Source: Legionella tucsonensis
GTDB taxonomy: Bacteria; Pseudomonadota; Gammaproteobacteria; Legionellales; Legionellaceae
DNA length: 32,000 bases
NCBI RefSeq assembly: GCF_001468035.1
Contig: NZ_LNZA01000001.1
Coordinates: 1,275,313-1,307,312 of the forward strand
Direction of reading: 5' to 3'
Position 1 is the first letter of the stretch. Every line of letters begins with the position of its first letter. Of the stretch, positions 1 to 9,403 are shown one piece after another. The notes under the pieces were generated by a model that made no database searches, had not been told where the DNA came from, and saw nothing but the letters and a program-made list of their open reading frames with translations. The translations under genes and the position numbers were made by a program.

Positions 1-299
1 CCTATCAGTGTAATCATATTTATGATTCTATTATTGCCTACTGCAAGCTGGAACTATTGAAGACAAAAACTAAATTTAATAATTATGCCATTAAGTAAAA
101 ACTAATTGTAAGAGCTAACCAGATTGCTTCATTCAGATGCGTCGCTTGGTTATGTGATGAGCTCTCACTGTACATGAAATTCACAAAAAACTTTCTCTTT
201 TTATTAGTAGAGTAAATCGTTGTAGATTACCTTAAAAATTAAAAATAATTAATCTGTACTATAATTTACATGCAAAATATAAATTCTGGGAGCATTTGT

Positions 300-1202
300 A
301 TGTCTTCTCATACTAAAAATAGGACTCAAGAAGATATTGATTCCATACATCAATATTACATGGAAATTATCAATTCAATTCCCAATATTGTTTATTGGGT
401 GGATACTGAATGCAATCTAAAAGGATGTAATAACAATTTCATCAAATTATTAGGGGTAAATACACTCAAGGATTTAAAAGGCACTCCTTATCAGCAAATG
501 GAGCGTCTTGCTCATTGGAATAAGAAGCGAATAGAAGAGTTGAAGTTAGATGATATGACAGTAATTTTTTCAGACACTCCGCAACATAACGTAACAGAAA
601 AACCGATTGAGGATAGCTCAGGTAAGACTTTTTACTTCCTCGCATCTCGCATACCTATGCACAATCGCAACAATGAAATAATTGGTTTAATCGTTATTTT
701 AAACGATGTAATCTTAAATCAGAAACTTGAAACCCATTTTGATGTTTTAGATGAAAATAATCAAAAGACTGAGCATTTATTAAAAAAAGACGGTTACTTA
801 CCCACAGTGCTTATGGTAGAGGATAATGTCATCGCGCAAAACGTTGAGAAAGCTCTATTGACTGCATTACATTGCCAAGTTGATATAGCAGACTCAGCTG
901 ATAGCGCAATAAAATTATTTCATCCAGGAAAATATGATTTAGTTTTGATGGATATTGGATTGGAAGACTCTTCAGGTTATGTTGTTGCAAAGCAGTTGCG
1001 CCAAAAAGAAAAAAATACTCAATACCATGTTCCTATAATTGCTTTAACTGGTTTTGAAGCTGATGTTGTAAAATATGATTGTCAACATTACTTTATGGAG
1101 GGAGCAATTAGTAAGCCATTAACTTGCGAACAAGCAGAACAAATTATCAAGCACTATGTGTATCATATGGATGTCTCTGTGTGTGGTTTGAAGACGAGTT
1201 AG
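300..1202 (+). CDS. PAS domain + CheY-like receiver response regulator with no recognisable output domain
   Basis: ORF 270..1202. The C-terminal half has receiver hallmarks: VLMVEDN acidic pocket, LVLMDIGL phospho-acceptor Asp, IIALTG and SKPL Lys. The N-terminal ~150 aa is PAS-like (IINSIPNIVYWVD ... IIGLIVILNDV). ATG 300 is preferred over ATG 270 because GGGAG (288-292) lies 7 nt upstream. Confidence 0.8.
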   Translation: MSSHTKNRTQEDIDSIHQYYMEIINSIPNIVYWVDTECNLKGCNNNFIKLLGVNTLKDLKGTPYQQMERLAHWNKKRIEELKLDDMTVIFSDTPQHNVTEKPIEDSSGKTFYFLASRIPMHNRNNEIIGLIVILNDVILNQKLETHFDVLDENNQKTEHLLKKDGYLPTVLMVEDNVIAQNVEKALLTALHCQVDIADSADSAIKLFHPGKYDLVLMDIGLEDSSGYVVAKQLRQKEKNTQYHVPIIALTGFEADVVKYDCQHYFMEGAISKPLTCEQAEQIIKHYVYHMDVSVCGLKTS

Positions 1203-1239
1203 TATCCTGATATGATCTTTGTTTTTTAAAGAAGACCCT

Positions 1240-2358
1240 ATGAGCAGTAACTCAACTGAAGCCAGCCGTATCTTATCTTTAGATGTTTTTCGTGGATTGA
1301 CCATGGCATTAATGGTTTTGGTCAACAGTCAGGGGACTCGAATTTCCTACCCTATACTGACACATGCTGAATGGGATGGATGTACTTTAGCCGATTTAGT
1401 ATTCCCTGCATTTTTATTTATAGTAGGAATCACTACAGCTATTAGCCTGAAAAGACATATAAAAGAGGAGAGCAAGGCTCTACTTTATAGAAGTATTTTT
1501 ACTCGCACGCTTCTTTTATTTTTCTTTGGAATTTTTCTCAATATGTTTCCAATTCATTTTGAGTTATCAACCTTACGGATTTATGGCATTCTACAGCGTA
1601 TCGCTGCCTGTTATTTCATTTGTGCACTTCTCTATCTTCATACATCAGTTAAAACACAAATTATTATTTTTTTTGGTATTCTTATAGGCTATTGGTATTT
1701 TCTGACTCAGATTCCAATCCCTGTGCCTGGCGCTGATCAATTAAGCATGATAAGAAACTGGCCTGGCTATGTTGATCAGATGCTGCTTTCTCCTACACGT
1801 TTATTATCGAAAACATTTGACCCTGAAGGCCTATTAAGTACTATCCCAGCGAGCGCCACTACACTATTTGGACTTTTATCCGGACATTTTTTGCTGACAT
1901 CATTCAGTAAGCAAAAGAAAAGTATCATCATGATTTCAATAGGGATATTATCTCTCTTAATAGCATGGATATGGAGTTATAACTTTCCAATTAATAAAAA
2001 TTTATGGACAAGCACCTTCGTCTTATGGAGTAGTGGTTTTTCACTTATTGTTTTTAGCATGTGTTTTTTTGTTATTGACGTATTAGGTTATAAAAAATGG
2101 TCATTACCATTCAAGATTTTGGGTATGAATGCATTATTTATTTTTATTTTTCATGTTATTTTACTGAAAATTCAATCCTTGTTTGTTGTCTCTTTACCTA
2201 ATGGATCACAAGATGTCTTGCGAGTTGCAATTGCAGAGTATTTATTTGGAGGTTTTAGTCCACAAAACATAGGACTATTTTATTCATTACTTTTCCTTTT
2301 CTTAAATTTTTTAGTGGCTGCATTTTTATACCGACGAAAAATATTTATTAAAATTTAA
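1240..2358 (+). CDS. Multi-pass membrane acyltransferase, heparan-alpha-glucosaminide N-acetyltransferase-like (DUF1624/DUF5009-type)
   Basis: ORF 1219..2358 opens with TTG, and the first ATG is at 1240. The N-terminal motif RILSLDVFRGLTMALMVLVN is characteristic of this family. About 10 predicted TM helices follow. Confidence 0.7.
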   Translation: MSSNSTEASRILSLDVFRGLTMALMVLVNSQGTRISYPILTHAEWDGCTLADLVFPAFLFIVGITTAISLKRHIKEESKALLYRSIFTRTLLLFFFGIFLNMFPIHFELSTLRIYGILQRIAACYFICALLYLHTSVKTQIIIFFGILIGYWYFLTQIPIPVPGADQLSMIRNWPGYVDQMLLSPTRLLSKTFDPEGLLSTIPASATTLFGLLSGHFLLTSFSKQKKSIIMISIGILSLLIAWIWSYNFPINKNLWTSTFVLWSSGFSLIVFSMCFFVIDVLGYKKWSLPFKILGMNALFIFIFHVILLKIQSLFVVSLPNGSQDVLRVAIAEYLFGGFSPQNIGLFYSLLFLFLNFLVAAFLYRRKIFIKI

Positions 2359-2413
2359 GCAATTGATTATCTGAACTCAGAGGCATGAGCCGATCTTTGT
2401 CGGAGCTTACATA

Positions 2414-2442
2414 TTGTTCATTTTTCATGAGTTAGCTATAAT
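2414..2442 (+). promoter_or_regulatory. Candidate sigma70 promoter for the fmdB-like/DUF502/aspS operon
   Basis: TTGTTC (2414-2419), a 17-nt spacer, then TATAAT (2437-2442), about 45 nt upstream of the first gene's ATG. Pattern match only. Confidence 0.4.
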
Positions 2443-2486
2443 AATAGGTTAGATTAAACTATCTGAAGTCAATGGAGTCGTTTTCG

Positions 2487-2774
2487 ATGCCAATTTATGA
2501 ATACCAATGTACAAGTTGCAATCATCATTTTGATTTAATGCAAAAAATCAGTGACGAGCCTGTAAAGCAGTGCCCTGTATGTTATCAAAATACTGTAATT
2601 AAGCTTATTTCTGCGGCTGGCTTTCAACTTAAGGGCAGCGGTTGGTATGCTACTGATTTTAAAAATAAAAACAGCAAACCCCAGGAAACAGCAAAAAATG
2701 ACGATTCCGCTTCAACGGATAAAACAAAAGATACTTCCTCATCAAAAACTACACAAGATGGTGATACCAAGTGA
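2487..2774 (+). CDS. FmdB-family zinc-ribbon putative regulatory protein
   Basis: MPIYEYQCTSCNHHFDLMQKISDEPVKQCPVC carries the canonical CxxC...CxxC FmdB N-terminus, followed by a low-complexity acidic/polar tail. GGAG lies 9 nt upstream of ATG 2487, and the ORF track start at 2472 is also possible. Confidence 0.8.
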   Translation: MPIYEYQCTSCNHHFDLMQKISDEPVKQCPVCYQNTVIKLISAAGFQLKGSGWYATDFKNKNSKPQETAKNDDSASTDKTKDTSSSKTTQDGDTK

Positions 2775-3400
2775 AAACAATGTCATTAAGAAGCTACTTA
2801 CTCACTGGCTTGGTAGTATGGTTACCTATACTTATAACCATAGGTGTGCTACGCTTTATTATTGAATTACTCGACAATACCTTGGCTTTAATTCCTAAAG
2901 CATATCAGCCTGAACAACTCATTGGACATTATATTCCAGGTCTGGGAGTTATCTTATCACTTATCATTCTACTCACTACTGGCATAATTGCTACCAATTA
3001 TTTAGGACAACGGTTAGTAGCGTGGGGGGAGTCTATTCTTAGCAGAATTCCTCTGGTTCGCACAATTTATAAAACAGTAAAACAAGTAATTAATACAGTA
3101 TTATCCACAAACAGTGAAGCCTTCCGTAAAGTGGTTTTAATAGAGTATCCCCGTAAAGGGTTATGGAGTATCGCCTTTCAGACAGGTTCAGCAAATGCTG
3201 TAATAAATAATAAAGTAAAGGATGACATGATATCTTTATTTATGCCGACCACTCCTAACCCCACATCAGGTTTTCTTATTATGCTTCCTAGAAGTGATGT
3301 AATGGAGTTAGATATGAGTATTGATGAGGCACTAAAACTTATAATTTCTTTAGGAGTAATGCCGCCACCATCAGAGGCAGCATTAGCAAATAATCTGTAA
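2771..3400 (+). CDS. DUF502 family membrane protein
   Basis: The N-terminus LRSYLLTGLVVWLPILITIGVL and motifs IPGLGVILSLIILL and RIPLVRTIYKTVKQV are typical of DUF502. GTG 2771 overlaps the upstream stop (GTGA), and ATG 2780 is an alternative start. Confidence 0.75.
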   Translation: MKTMSLRSYLLTGLVVWLPILITIGVLRFIIELLDNTLALIPKAYQPEQLIGHYIPGLGVILSLIILLTTGIIATNYLGQRLVAWGESILSRIPLVRTIYKTVKQVINTVLSTNSEAFRKVVLIEYPRKGLWSIAFQTGSANAVINNKVKDDMISLFMPTTPNPTSGFLIMLPRSDVMELDMSIDEALKLIISLGVMPPPSEAALANNL

Positions 3401-3422
3401 AATTTAAATAGGCGGTTTTTAT

Positions 3423-5204
3423 ATGCGTACACACTACTGTTTGGGCGTGGATGAGTCAAGTTTAGGCAAAGAGGTTACTGTATGTGGTTGGGTACATCAT
3501 CGTCGCGATCATGGTGGTGTAATATTTCTCGATATTCGTGATAGTTCAGGTCTATTACAAGTAGTATATGAACCGGAAAATAAAATATCTTTTGCAGATG
3601 CAGAAAAACTACGCTCTGAGTTTGTTGTTCGAATTACTGGAATTGTACGTAAAAGACCTGATGGAATGATTAATGAAACCATGGCTACAGGCAAAGTCGA
3701 AGTGGTCGGTTCCAAATTGGAGATTCTTAATCAATCACCTACGCCGCCATTCTTACCCGACGATTTCCAAGTCGTAAATGAAGACCTACGTTATAAGTAT
3801 CGTTATATCGATTTACGACGTCCTTCAATGAAGCATAAATTAGTTGTAAGACATCAGTTGAATCACTGTATTCGAAGTTATCTCAATCAACATAACTTTC
3901 TTGATATTGAGACACCAATGCTTACTAAGGCAACTCCAGAGGGAGCTCGTGATTACTTGGTACCCTCTAGGGTTCATCCTGGATCATTTTATGCCTTGCC
4001 TCAATCGCCGCAGCTGTTTAAACAACTATTAATGATTTCGGGTTTTGACAAGTATTATCAGATTGTTCGTTGTTTTCGTGATGAAGATTTACGTGCTGAC
4101 AGGCAGCCAGAGTTTACGCAACTTGATATTGAAATGGCTTTTATTGATGAAGAAAATATTTTAAATCTTATTGAAGGTTTGTTAAAAGTAGTGTTTAAGC
4201 AAATTCTTAATGTGGATTTGCCTGAAAAGTTACATAGAATGTCTTATGCTGAAGCAATGCGACGATTTGGTAGTGATAAACCTGATTTACGTAATCCTTT
4301 AGAGCTGATTGATGTTGCAGACTTAGTTAAGGAATGTGATTTTAAAGTATTTTCTGCTGCCGCTAATGATTCAGAGTCCCGAGTGATCGCCTTGTGCCTG
4401 CCTGGTGGTTGTGATCTCAGCAGAAAAGATTTGGATGATTACGGTCGTTTTGCAGGTATTTATGGTGCTAAAGGTCTTGCCTACATTAAGGTAAATAATC
4501 TTGATGAAGGAATAGATGGTTTACAATCACCTATTTTAAAGTTTCTTTCTGCAGAAGCTGTACATGCAATTTTACAACGTACAAAGGCTCAATCGGGAGA
4601 TGTAATTTTCTTTGGCTCCGATAAAAATCATATCGTTAACGAATCGATGGGTGCCTTAAGAATAAAATTGGGACATGATAGAAAACTACTGAAAGAGGGC
4701 TGGGAGTTATTATGGATTGTTGATTGGCCAATGTTTGAAATGGACCATGAGAGCAACAAATTAAATCCAATGCATCATCCTTTTACTTCTCCAAAAGATC
4801 TGTCACCAGAGAATTTACGTGCTTATCCAACACACACATTGGCGAAGGCTTATGATATAGTAATTAATGGTTATGAAATTGGTGGAGGGTCTATACGTAT
4901 TCACCAATCAGATTTACAAAAAGCAGTTTTTGAGTTGCTCGGAATTAATGCGCAAGAAGCCCAAGAAAAGTTTGGTTTCTTGTTGGATGCCTTACAATAT
5001 GGGGCACCTCCGCATGGTGGTATTGCCCTGGGTATTGATCGTTTAGCTATGTTACTTACAGATTCAACGTCAATTAGAGATGTGATTGCTTTTCCTAAAA
5101 CTCAAACAGCATCATGTCTTTTAACGAGTGCGCCATCGCCTACGGGCAGCGCACAATTAACTGAATTGGGAATAAGACTTGCTCCAACTACTCAGACCAA
5201 ATAA
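3423..5204 (+). CDS. aspS: Aspartate--tRNA ligase (bacterial type, with GAD insertion domain)
   Basis: 593 aa. Class II aaRS motifs are present: [26 protein letters not shown] and GIDRLAMLL. There is an N-terminal OB anticodon-binding domain ([21 protein letters not shown]). Confidence 0.97.
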   Translation: MRTHYCLGVDESSLGKEVTVCGWVHHRRDHGGVIFLDIRDSSGLLQVVYEPENKISFADAEKLRSEFVVRITGIVRKRPDGMINETMATGKVEVVGSKLEILNQSPTPPFLPDDFQVVNEDLRYKYRYIDLRRPSMKHKLVVRHQLNHCIRSYLNQHNFLDIETPMLTKATPEGARDYLVPSRVHPGSFYALPQSPQLFKQLLMISGFDKYYQIVRCFRDEDLRADRQPEFTQLDIEMAFIDEENILNLIEGLLKVVFKQILNVDLPEKLHRMSYAEAMRRFGSDKPDLRNPLELIDVADLVKECDFKVFSAAANDSESRVIALCLPGGCDLSRKDLDDYGRFAGIYGAKGLAYIKVNNLDEGIDGLQSPILKFLSAEAVHAILQRTKAQSGDVIFFGSDKNHIVNESMGALRIKLGHDRKLLKEGWELLWIVDWPMFEMDHESNKLNPMHHPFTSPKDLSPENLRAYPTHTLAKAYDIVINGYEIGGGSIRIHQSDLQKAVFELLGINAQEAQEKFGFLLDALQYGAPPHGGIALGIDRLAMLLTDSTSIRDVIAFPKTQTASCLLTSAPSPTGSAQLTELGIRLAPTTQTK

Positions 5205-5256
5205 CATATTAAAGCTTGGTAGAAATCTTGCTAACCTTATAAAAAAATCGTTTTCC

Positions 5257-5328
5257 CCTGCGAAGTCAAGGATTTTCTTTCCACTTGGTACTAAAGCCAA
5301 TTTGGAAAAGGATCTGTGCATTCGCAGG
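5257..5328 (+). other. Nested inverted repeats in the aspS-msc intergenic region (possible structured RNA or terminator)
   Basis: The outer arms CCTGCGAA (5257-5264) and TTCGCAGG (5321-5328) enclose an imperfect inner hairpin, TTTCCA-CTTGG (5278-5288) against CCAA-TT-TGGAAA (5297-5308). Confidence 0.3.
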
Positions 5329-5358
5329 AATGCTTCCTTCTTAGAGAAAATAAGCACA

Positions 5359-8283
5359 TTGATTGTAAATCGAAGATATTGGGCGCTTTTATTTTTTATA
5401 TTTTTTTGTTCTACTTTTGCTACAGCTGCTCCTGCTCCTGCTTCTGTAAAAAAACAGGCTACATTTACTGAATATTTAACTCAAGAAAAAATACATTTAA
5501 CGACTGCCATTCAGGATGCAAAACAGCCAATACAGCTTAAAAGCGAGAAAGAGTTTAGTGCCAAAATGAAGCAAGTGTCAGCGATACTTTCAATGACAAG
5601 TGTTAAAATTGCCAGTTTAGAAAACTTTCTCGATCATCAAAGTAAAGAACAAAACATTTTAAATCAACGTTTAAAGCTGCTTCAACAGATGCCTATCGTC
5701 AAGGAAAATACAACCATTCCTGAGCGAGTAGAAAAAGTGGAGAATTTGCTGACTATTAACAAACAAACGACGGAACTCGTAATTGAAAATCTAAAGCTTG
5801 CCAAGGAATACCAAGATGCTATCAATGACGAAATAAAACATTTGGAATTGTGGCATTCAAACTTTGTACTGGAACAAAAACTCGTACAGATTAAATCATT
5901 AAAAGAGCAGCTCAATAAACGCTTAAATATACTTTATGAAAGCAATGGTACGACTCAACAACCGCTGAAAAAGTCCAAGTCATTAATACAGCTTACAGCA
6001 GCAGATCATGAAGCGATGTTATTGATTAATAATCAAAATATTGCGGCAATTCAAAACCATTTAAACGCTTTAAATATACAAAAAACTGTGGTTAAAGCAG
6101 ATATTATTTATCTTAAAAATCCAGATACAAAAAATTTACAGCTCATTACGGATATTTATAAAGATGCATTAAGTCAATACGCTAAGGTTGAAAAGAATAT
6201 TCGGCAAATTGAAAATTTTTTAGCCAATGAAACTAAACTTGTTGTAGCACCAAGTTTAAAGAGAGAAATAAGCTCTTTACAAAAAACATTGGCACAACAA
6301 CTTAAAGAAGCGAGTATACAAAAACAACTTCTAGTCAAAAGTTTGTCTGATTATCAAGCCCAGCTCAAAAAATTGATATCCTCCCGACAAACCCTTGCCG
6401 ATTACAATATCAGTAGCTGGCCAATTATTCTCAAGAAAATAGCAGCTATTCCAAGTTTGTTCTATAAATACATAAAGACATTAAGCGTAAAGGTTTATGA
6501 CAGCTATTTATGGCTAAGTCCTTTATCCATGGTAATCTTATGGGGAGGATTTGCTTTTATTGCAATTTTTTTCTTTATGATAAGTCGTATATTAAAGATA
6601 TTACGACGCGACAAAGAGCGATCACGATTAACAGGTTACCTATATGATGGAGTTCTCGTTTTAGTACAAAGAAATTTACCTTATTTATGTATCGCGACTA
6701 TGTTATGGGCATTGCTTTACATAACTCATATTTCTTTTTCCAATTATCAGTTATTCTTTAAATTAATTGTGGTATGGTTTATTTTTAGAATTTTAATTTT
6801 AATAGCACGCTTGGTATTGCTAGAGCGCATCTCTGACTCATCGGGTAAGGACGTCAAACTTTATTACCGTTTAAAATGGCTATTACTATTCGGTGGCTGG
6901 ACTACTGCCTTAATGAATGTTGGTCATTTACTCCCTTTATCGATACTTCTTCAAGATATATTTAATCGCTTATTTATGCTCTTTATTTTAACAATTTCTT
7001 TGGTGGCATGGAAAAGTAAAGATGTTATTCCTTATCTTCTAGGTCCTATGCTAAAGAGTCAAAAAGGATACGTCAAAAACGCTATTTCCTTGTTGGTTAT
7101 TCTAATTCCTACAACATTGTTTACGACGGCCGTAATTGGGTTATTAGGATTTATTAGTTTGGCATGGAGCATGAGCCAATATCAGGCTTATGTATTACTC
7201 GTACTTGTAGGATATATTTTTGCCAGAGGTTTATTGTTTGATGCCCTGGAATTATTTTCTGAATTAATGATTTCTTCATTGCGAAATGGATGGTTATGGA
7301 TAGAGGTCTTTTTAAAGCCATTAGATAAGATTTTAAGAGTCCTGCTGCTTTTAGCAAGTTTTCATGTTCTTTTCCAATTGTTTGGTTGGTATTCTGATTC
7401 ATTAGTAATGGTCAGTTTGGGTAAGTTCGCACAATATACTGTTGTAAATATCCCAGGAATCCATATTACTGTTACAAGTACTATAGAATTTTTTATTCTG
7501 CTTGCAGTTTTTGTTTGGGCTTCTAAATGGACACGGGAATTTTGTTATCGCTAGGTATTTAAAAATGCTAAAGATGTAGGGATTCGTAATAGTCTTTCAG
7601 TTTTTAGTCAATATGCGATTGTTCTTTTAGGTGGTTTTGTTTCTCTCCATATACTTGGATTTGATTTTAGCGGTATGTCAATGATTATTGGAGGGCTTGC
7701 TGTAGGTATGGGATTTGGTTTGCGTGATTTTGCCAGTAATATTGTAGGTGGTTTGACGCTACTTGTTGAAAGACCCGTGCGTGAAGGTGATTTAGTGACC
7801 ATTGGTGAGCATGAAGGACGAGTTGCTCATATTGGCATTCGTTCTATGAGAGTTTCTTCCTGGGACAATATGGAAGTTTTGATCCCCAATGCAGAAACTT
7901 TTAATAAACCATTTACTAACTGGACACATCAAGATGGTATTGTTAGAACAGTTATTCCTATAAAGGTTAGTCGCTCTGATGATGCTGTTATGGTTCAGCA
8001 ACTTATACAGGATATCCTGGCTACAACTCCTGAAATCGTTACAGATCCACCTGCTCAAGTTTTCCTTAAGAAGATTGATGAAGCGTTACTTGAGTTTGAG
8101 GCTCGATATTTTATTAACGTTCAAGTACATACCCGTTTTGAAGTACGGTCTAAAGTATTGTTTGCTATTATGGCTCAGTTTAAAGCAGCAAATATTAAGC
8201 CACCTATTGAACCACTTGCAATTGAATTTAAAGAGGGAGAAGGTGATTTCACGATTAAAAAACAGACCACCACCGAAAACTGA
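5359..8283 (+). pseudogene. MscK/KefA-like mechanosensitive ion channel, interrupted by one in-frame TAG at 7552-7554
   Basis: ORFs 5179..7554 and 7675..8283 share frame 1 and are separated only by the TAG. Read-through translation is continuous: REFCYR*VFKNAKDVGIRNSLSVFSQYAIVLLGG...GGLAVGMGFGLRDFASNIVGGLTLLVERPVREGDLVTIG, which is the MscS pore helix plus beta domain. The N-terminus has a signal peptide (RRYWALLFFIFFCSTFATA) if TTG 5359 is the start, then a long coiled-coil region and multiple TM helices. Confidence 0.75.
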
Positions 8284-8923
8284 AGCTGAACTGCTCGAGA
8301 GTTGTATCAGTCTTGCAGGCCTAAGTTTTGCACAATTAGGTCTGAACCTGGGTTTATTCATTCCATCTCATCCTAACCAACGAAAAGGATGGGTTGGTCA
8401 AGCAATTGAACTTGCTTTAGGCACTGATGCTCAGAATAAGTCATTACCTGATTTCCAGAACTTAGGTATAGAGCTAAAAACACTTCCTATAAATAAATCA
8501 GGAAGACCCGCCGAATCGACATTTATTACCTCTATTCCTTTGCTTACAATTCATCAACAGCAATGGAAATCATCGCAGTGTTATGCCAAATTAAAACGAG
8601 TTTTATGGATTCCTGTAGAAGGAGATAATGATATTCCTTATCTGCAAAGAAGAGTTGGACAAGGGTTTTTATGGTCACCTGATGAAGTGGAAGAAGGTAT
8701 TTTAGAAGCAGATTGGAATTATTTATCATTTCAAATCAGTAGTGGACATCTTGAAACACTTAATGCGCAATCAGGCGAGTATTTGCAGGTGAGACCTAAG
8801 GCTGCTAGTGGAAAATCATTATGTTACGGTTATGATATTCATGGCAATAAAATCAAAACATTACCTCGTGGATTCTATTTAAGAAGTCGTTTTACTGCAA
8901 AAATTTTATCGTATTCTAAATAG
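8243..8923 (+). CDS. mutH: DNA mismatch repair endonuclease MutH
   Basis: Collinear by eye with E. coli MutH: KGWVGQAIELALG, DFQNLGIELKTLP, LKRVLWIPVEG, GEYLQVRPKAA and LPRGFYL. The likely start is GTG 8243, preceded by GAGGGAG, which gives 226 aa. This start overlaps the 3' end of the channel gene by 41 nt. The ORF-track start at 7979 is an unsupported extension. Confidence 0.85.
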   Translation: MISRLKNRPPPKTEAELLESCISLAGLSFAQLGLNLGLFIPSHPNQRKGWVGQAIELALGTDAQNKSLPDFQNLGIELKTLPINKSGRPAESTFITSIPLLTIHQQQWKSSQCYAKLKRVLWIPVEGDNDIPYLQRRVGQGFLWSPDEVEEGILEADWNYLSFQISSGHLETLNAQSGEYLQVRPKAASGKSLCYGYDIHGNKIKTLPRGFYLRSRFTAKILSYSK

Positions 8924-8932
8924 AGGTTCGGC

Positions 8933-8960
8933 CGGGATCCTGATGAAAAGGACCGTTTAT
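8933..8960 (+). terminator. Weak candidate intrinsic terminator after mutH
   Basis: CGG(GA)TCC pairs with GGACCG, giving 6 bp with a 2-nt bulge and a 9-nt loop, followed by TTTAT. Confidence 0.3.
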
Positions 8961-9113
8961 AAAAAATACCTGAGCTACATTAGCGTGAAAATATTCACTT
9001 ATACATTTAAAACCCCGCTGGGTTACGCTATGCTAACCAAAGCGATTGGTTCAATTTATAGGTACAAACAGTACAGAATATGTCCTTATTTTGGATAAGA
9101 AAATGAAAATCTT

Positions 9114-9287
9114 TCATTTGATAATACTGATGTCTATTGGTTTTGCATGAGCTATACCTGCTTTAACACGCTTCCGTAAAATTTTTCTTCCAAACTCAGC
9201 AAAGATTAACAGCAAACCTGCCATTGCTCGACAAGTTGGTATAGTTAAGTCCAAAGCCTCAGTTAGTGAAATTAAACCAGCGAAACT
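9114..9287 (-). pseudogene. Serine recombinase (resolvase/invertase family) remnant
   Basis: The minus-strand translation is SFAGLISLTEALDLTIPTCRAMAGLLLIFAEFGRKILRKRVKAGIAHAKPIDISIIK*. This matches the conserved resolvase core pattern SLTE-iD-TP-GR-m...AEFER..I.ER.kAG. Stop codons sit immediately upstream, there is no catalytic N-terminus and there is no HTH C-terminus. Confidence 0.65.
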
Positions 9288-9360
9288 CTATCAAAGTGAA
9301 TTATTTAAAATCAAATAAATTAAAGCAATTGTTTATTTAGTTTGCATTTGCTGCTATCCG

Positions 9361-9395
9361 AATTAGAAAACCCGGATTACTTTGCAGCATCCGGG
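9361..9395 (-). terminator. Intrinsic terminator of the 9404..10204 gene
   Basis: The GC-rich stem CCCGGAT (9371-9377) pairs with ATCCGGG (9389-9395) around an 11-nt loop. It begins 9 nt after the stop and is followed on the minus strand by TTTTCTAATT. Confidence 0.55.
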
Positions 9396-9403
9396 AATAG
9401 CAA

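Noticed and set aside
1-60. Possible 3' end of a + strand membrane-protein gene (PISVIIFMILLLPTASWNY*) at the left edge
   Set aside because: Only 19 codons are visible, which is too little to call.
2647-3715. Short ORFs 2647..2865 (+), 3178..3459 (-) and 3509..3715 (-)
   Set aside because: All lie inside or opposite the well-supported FmdB, DUF502 and aspS genes and show no independent signals.
5179-5358. ATG 5179 as the start of the channel gene, overlapping the aspS 3' end
   Set aside because: The added 60 residues are basic/irregular and would bury the obvious signal peptide (RRYWALLFFIFFCSTFATA). The stretch also holds nested hairpins typical of intergenic RNA. TTG 5359 gives a normal exported N-terminus. 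The start is still unproven.
7979-8242. Long 5' extension of the mutH ORF (track start 7979)
   Set aside because: The extension has no MutH similarity, lies entirely inside the channel gene in another frame, and would add about 90 Leu/Lys-rich residues. MutH homology begins at about 8255.
8924-9060. GGTTCGGCC...GGATCC and GATTGGTTCAATT resembling tRNA T-arm sequences (a possible att site in a tRNA 3' end)
   Set aside because: I could not build an acceptor stem, anticodon arm or matching T-stem around either motif. There is no cloverleaf.
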